A stretch of 64,000 nucleotides of DNA from the human T2T-CHM13v2.0 reference genome, Homo sapiens: assembly GCF_009914755.1 (NCBI RefSeq), contig NC_060935.1; one strand, written 5' to 3'. Positions 61,652 through 64,000 of this stretch are shown here, piece after piece. The notes below the pieces were generated by a model, which saw only the letters and a list, made by a program, of their open reading frames with translations, had not been told where the DNA came from and did not search any database. Numbering within the stretch: position 1 is the first letter of the stretch; the number at the start of each line of letters is the position of its first letter. The position numbers and the translations under genes were made by a program.

Positions 61652-62913
61652 TGCTGTTGCTGTTGGGTGTAGTGTAGGAGAGAAGGCTTGTTCTGGGAAG
61701 GCAAAACAGAAGGCATCTGCTGGTTCGCTTGATCTGAGTTAAAATGAAACAAAGGCTTGGTGTTGCCCTGACGGGGCTCCATGGCTGGGTGCGGGTTGTT
61801 AATAAAACTTCGACTGAGATCCTGAGGCTTTTGCTGCATGAGGACATCTAGGTGCCCACCCTGGGCTGAGGGGCCGGCCTTGTACATGTAGTTAGCCATT
61901 ACTTTCGACTGGCCGCTGCCGCCAGCTACCCCAGGCATGGGGGAGCTCTGTGGGCTGAATGTCTGCTGACCAAAAGAAGGGCTGGGGATTTTCTCCTGCC
62001 CAAATGGACCTGGTGATGGTCCAGCAGAAGAGGGCAAGGCTGACCAGTTGGTAGGCTGGTGCTGCTGCTGGTGCTGCTGCATCCGGGCATGCTGCTGACG
62101 ATTAGCAGCTATCTGTTTGAGCTGCTGGGCATGGGATACTTCCTGCCAGCTTGGCAAGGCCCGGCTTGCTCCGGAGCCTGTCTGAGGCTGAGCCTGGCTC
62201 TGAGGGACTGAAGGGATTGGAGACGAAGTGGAGAGGGCAGAGTTGGCCATGGAGAATGCGGGGCCAGCTGATGGGGGCCTCAGCTGAGGAGAGCCTGAGG
62301 GGCCCTGAGTCAAGCCCGGTGAGTATTCACTTTTGATCACTATTTTCTCCATGGGTAAGGAGGGCCTAGGTGTGCTCCTCTGGCTTTGCTGACCCAAGTC
62401 AATGTTAAATGGGTCATCCTGCTTTATGGTGGCATTGATCATGTTCTCCAGTTCAAGGTCACTCATGGGAGGCACAGATATGTTGGTCAGTTCATTGAAC
62501 AGTTCCTGCAGCTCAGGATCCATCAGTTGTTCTCCAGGGTCGTCTCCGTACCTATTAGGAAAAATATTCTCTTGGGTCATTTGGCCATCCATGTGCTTAC
62601 TGCAAGACAGAGTCTCTCCTGGCTCCTTCTTTACCTCCTTTAAGCCCATGTTAAACAGGCCATTGCCAGGAGAATGTGTATGGGATGGCAGAGTGTTAGT
62701 CTTTCGCAGGGGTGCTTGGCTCATAGGCAAGGTCCCTGACATAATCTGACTTTGTCCATTGTTTATTTGGAGGCCACCTTGTCCTGCAGAGAGATTCTCC
62801 CCAACACGAATTCTTTTGATATCAAGAAATGAGTTGTCCACAAAGCCATTGGGTCGCTTGCTGTTGGCAGGAGATAGGTTAACTACCTGTTTTCTTTTCA
62901 AGGAACCCTGGAG
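61297..62913 (-). CDS. MAML2: MAML2 exon 2 (internal coding exon, 1617 nt, 539 aa: LQGSLKRKQVVNLSP...QVSQQQRQ)
   Basis: 579-aa ORF 61162..62901 recognised as human MAML2 (KRKQVVNLSPANSKRPNG, DPELQELFNELT, SHAQQLKQIAA, polyQ). Acceptor on - strand tcccttctgtctttcag|CTCCAG (AG at 62915-62914); donor AGACAG|GTAAGG (GT at 61296-61295). The ORF track's TTG start and last 44 codons are artefacts of ignoring splicing. Confidence 0.97.
61441..61665 (-). repeat. MAML2: Coding CAG/CAA repeat: Q31 (61573-61665), SSISA, Q7 (61537-61557), SSISA, Q27 (61441-61521)
   Basis: Counted codon by codon; longest pure CAG run is 10 (61618-61647). Confidence 0.95.
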
Positions 62914-64000
62914 CTGAAAGACAGAAGGGAATAAAAAGGAAAAATAAGAAATATGAATCCAATGATGCTTCTCATAAAAAGTGATGTGATATTTAAATGT
63001 TTCTTCTATTTACACACAAGATTCAGTTTTTTAAAAAAATGGCACAGAGAGAGCACAAATGAAGCACAATCTGGATTATAATAAAACTCTCAGTAGCACA
63101 AACACAACAAAATAAAATATTTCTGGAGGAGCAGGGCAATTAGGTTAGAGATCAGTGGTTCCCATGAGTGGTTCATAGGTCAATGGATACAGATTCCTTC
63201 AAATATCATAAGAAGTTATTCACAGTACCTAAGATTAAAGCATTGTTATTTTCTGGAGCAAGCCAAAATATTCCACATGCATGCACACACAACTCCTCGC
63301 AGCTACAGATGATCAGAGTGTGCACAATTTTAAGCAAGATAGAAAACACGCACAAGTCTAAAGCTGGGAACAAATCTCTAGTTTCTTTTTTTTTCACAGA
63401 CCCAACCCCTTCATCACTATTATCCTCTAAGTAAGTAATTAGAATAGTTCTCAGGCCTAAGGAGATATGCTATTATTGTTCATCTACTTTTCTTCCTATA
63501 ATTCCACTGCTTTGCATCCAAGCCTATGTAGCAACCTTATGTGGACACACAAAAGTCATGAGATGATCATTCCTCATATGAGATACTTTAAGCACTGATT
63601 TTCCTGGGAATTCATTTCTTCTGTTTCCTGTAACTAAATCTCGTTACCAAAACGAAAGTGTTAATTGCTTAGGCTCTGGAAGCAGACAAAACTGAGCTCA
63701 AGTGCCAATTCTGTCACTGGGTGCTATGTGACCTCAGCAACTTACCTGAGCCTCAATTTTCTCATCTAGAAAATGGGGACAATAGCGCTTAACTCACAGG
63801 AAGGGATGAGATAATGCATATAAAAGTTTAGAAAGTGCCTGTTACAGTAACAACTCAATAAACAACAATTTGTAGAAAAAGTATGGCTTACTACATGCTG
63901 AAAGGGGAGCTTGTCTAAACAGCAACATGTTTAAGTTTTTTTGTGACTGTTAAAGTACTTCATTCACAACCTAGCAATCAGATTATACTTTATGAGCCTT
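62914..64000 (-). other. MAML2: MAML2 intron 1, 3' end with polypyrimidine tract
   Basis: - strand ...tttcttatttttcctttttattcccttctgtctttcag before the exon. Confidence 0.9.
63655..63870 (+). mobile_element. MIR in intron 1
   Basis: ggctctggaagcagac...tatgtgacctc...ctgagcctcaattttctcatct...aaatggggacaatag...actcaataaa. Confidence 0.8.

Noticed and set aside
62881-62889. Internal donor-like CAG|GTAGTT 27 nt into exon 2
   Set aside because: Weak match at +4 to +5; no supporting evidence in sequence.
61162-62901. Treating the 579-aa ORF as a single-exon gene or retrocopy
   Set aside because: Canonical splice sites flank the MAML2-matching part; no start ATG or N-terminal MAML domain.

Overview
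Human (primate) genomic DNA from inside the MAML2 gene (mastermind-like transcriptional coactivator 2, Notch pathway, chr11q21), transcribed on the - strand. The only real coding sequence is the large internal exon 2 (62913..61297, 1617 nt, 539 codons, phase 0 at both ends), which carries a Q31-SSISA-Q7-SSISA-Q27 tract. Bases 62914-64000 are the end of intron 1 and 1-61296 are part of the very long intron 2, filled with Alu, L1, L2, MIR, DNA-transposon and LTR remnants and microsatellites. The other ORFs in the track are repeat-derived or chance ORFs. No novel gene system is evident. The best hypotheses concern RNA processing around exon 2: (i) a candidate combined recursive-splice site / tiny alternative last exon at about 58.1-58.2 kb with an in-frame stop, two AATAAA and a GU-rich element; (ii) an exon-2 circle would have a stop-less, endlessly translatable polyQ frame; (iii) intronic-polyadenylation read-through of exon 2; (iv) a MIR-derived poison exon candidate in intron 1. 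An unexplained ~79%-identical 135-bp direct duplication (18.4 kb vs 29.7 kb) was also found. Repeat subfamily names are from recognition of consensus features, not from a RepeatMasker run.
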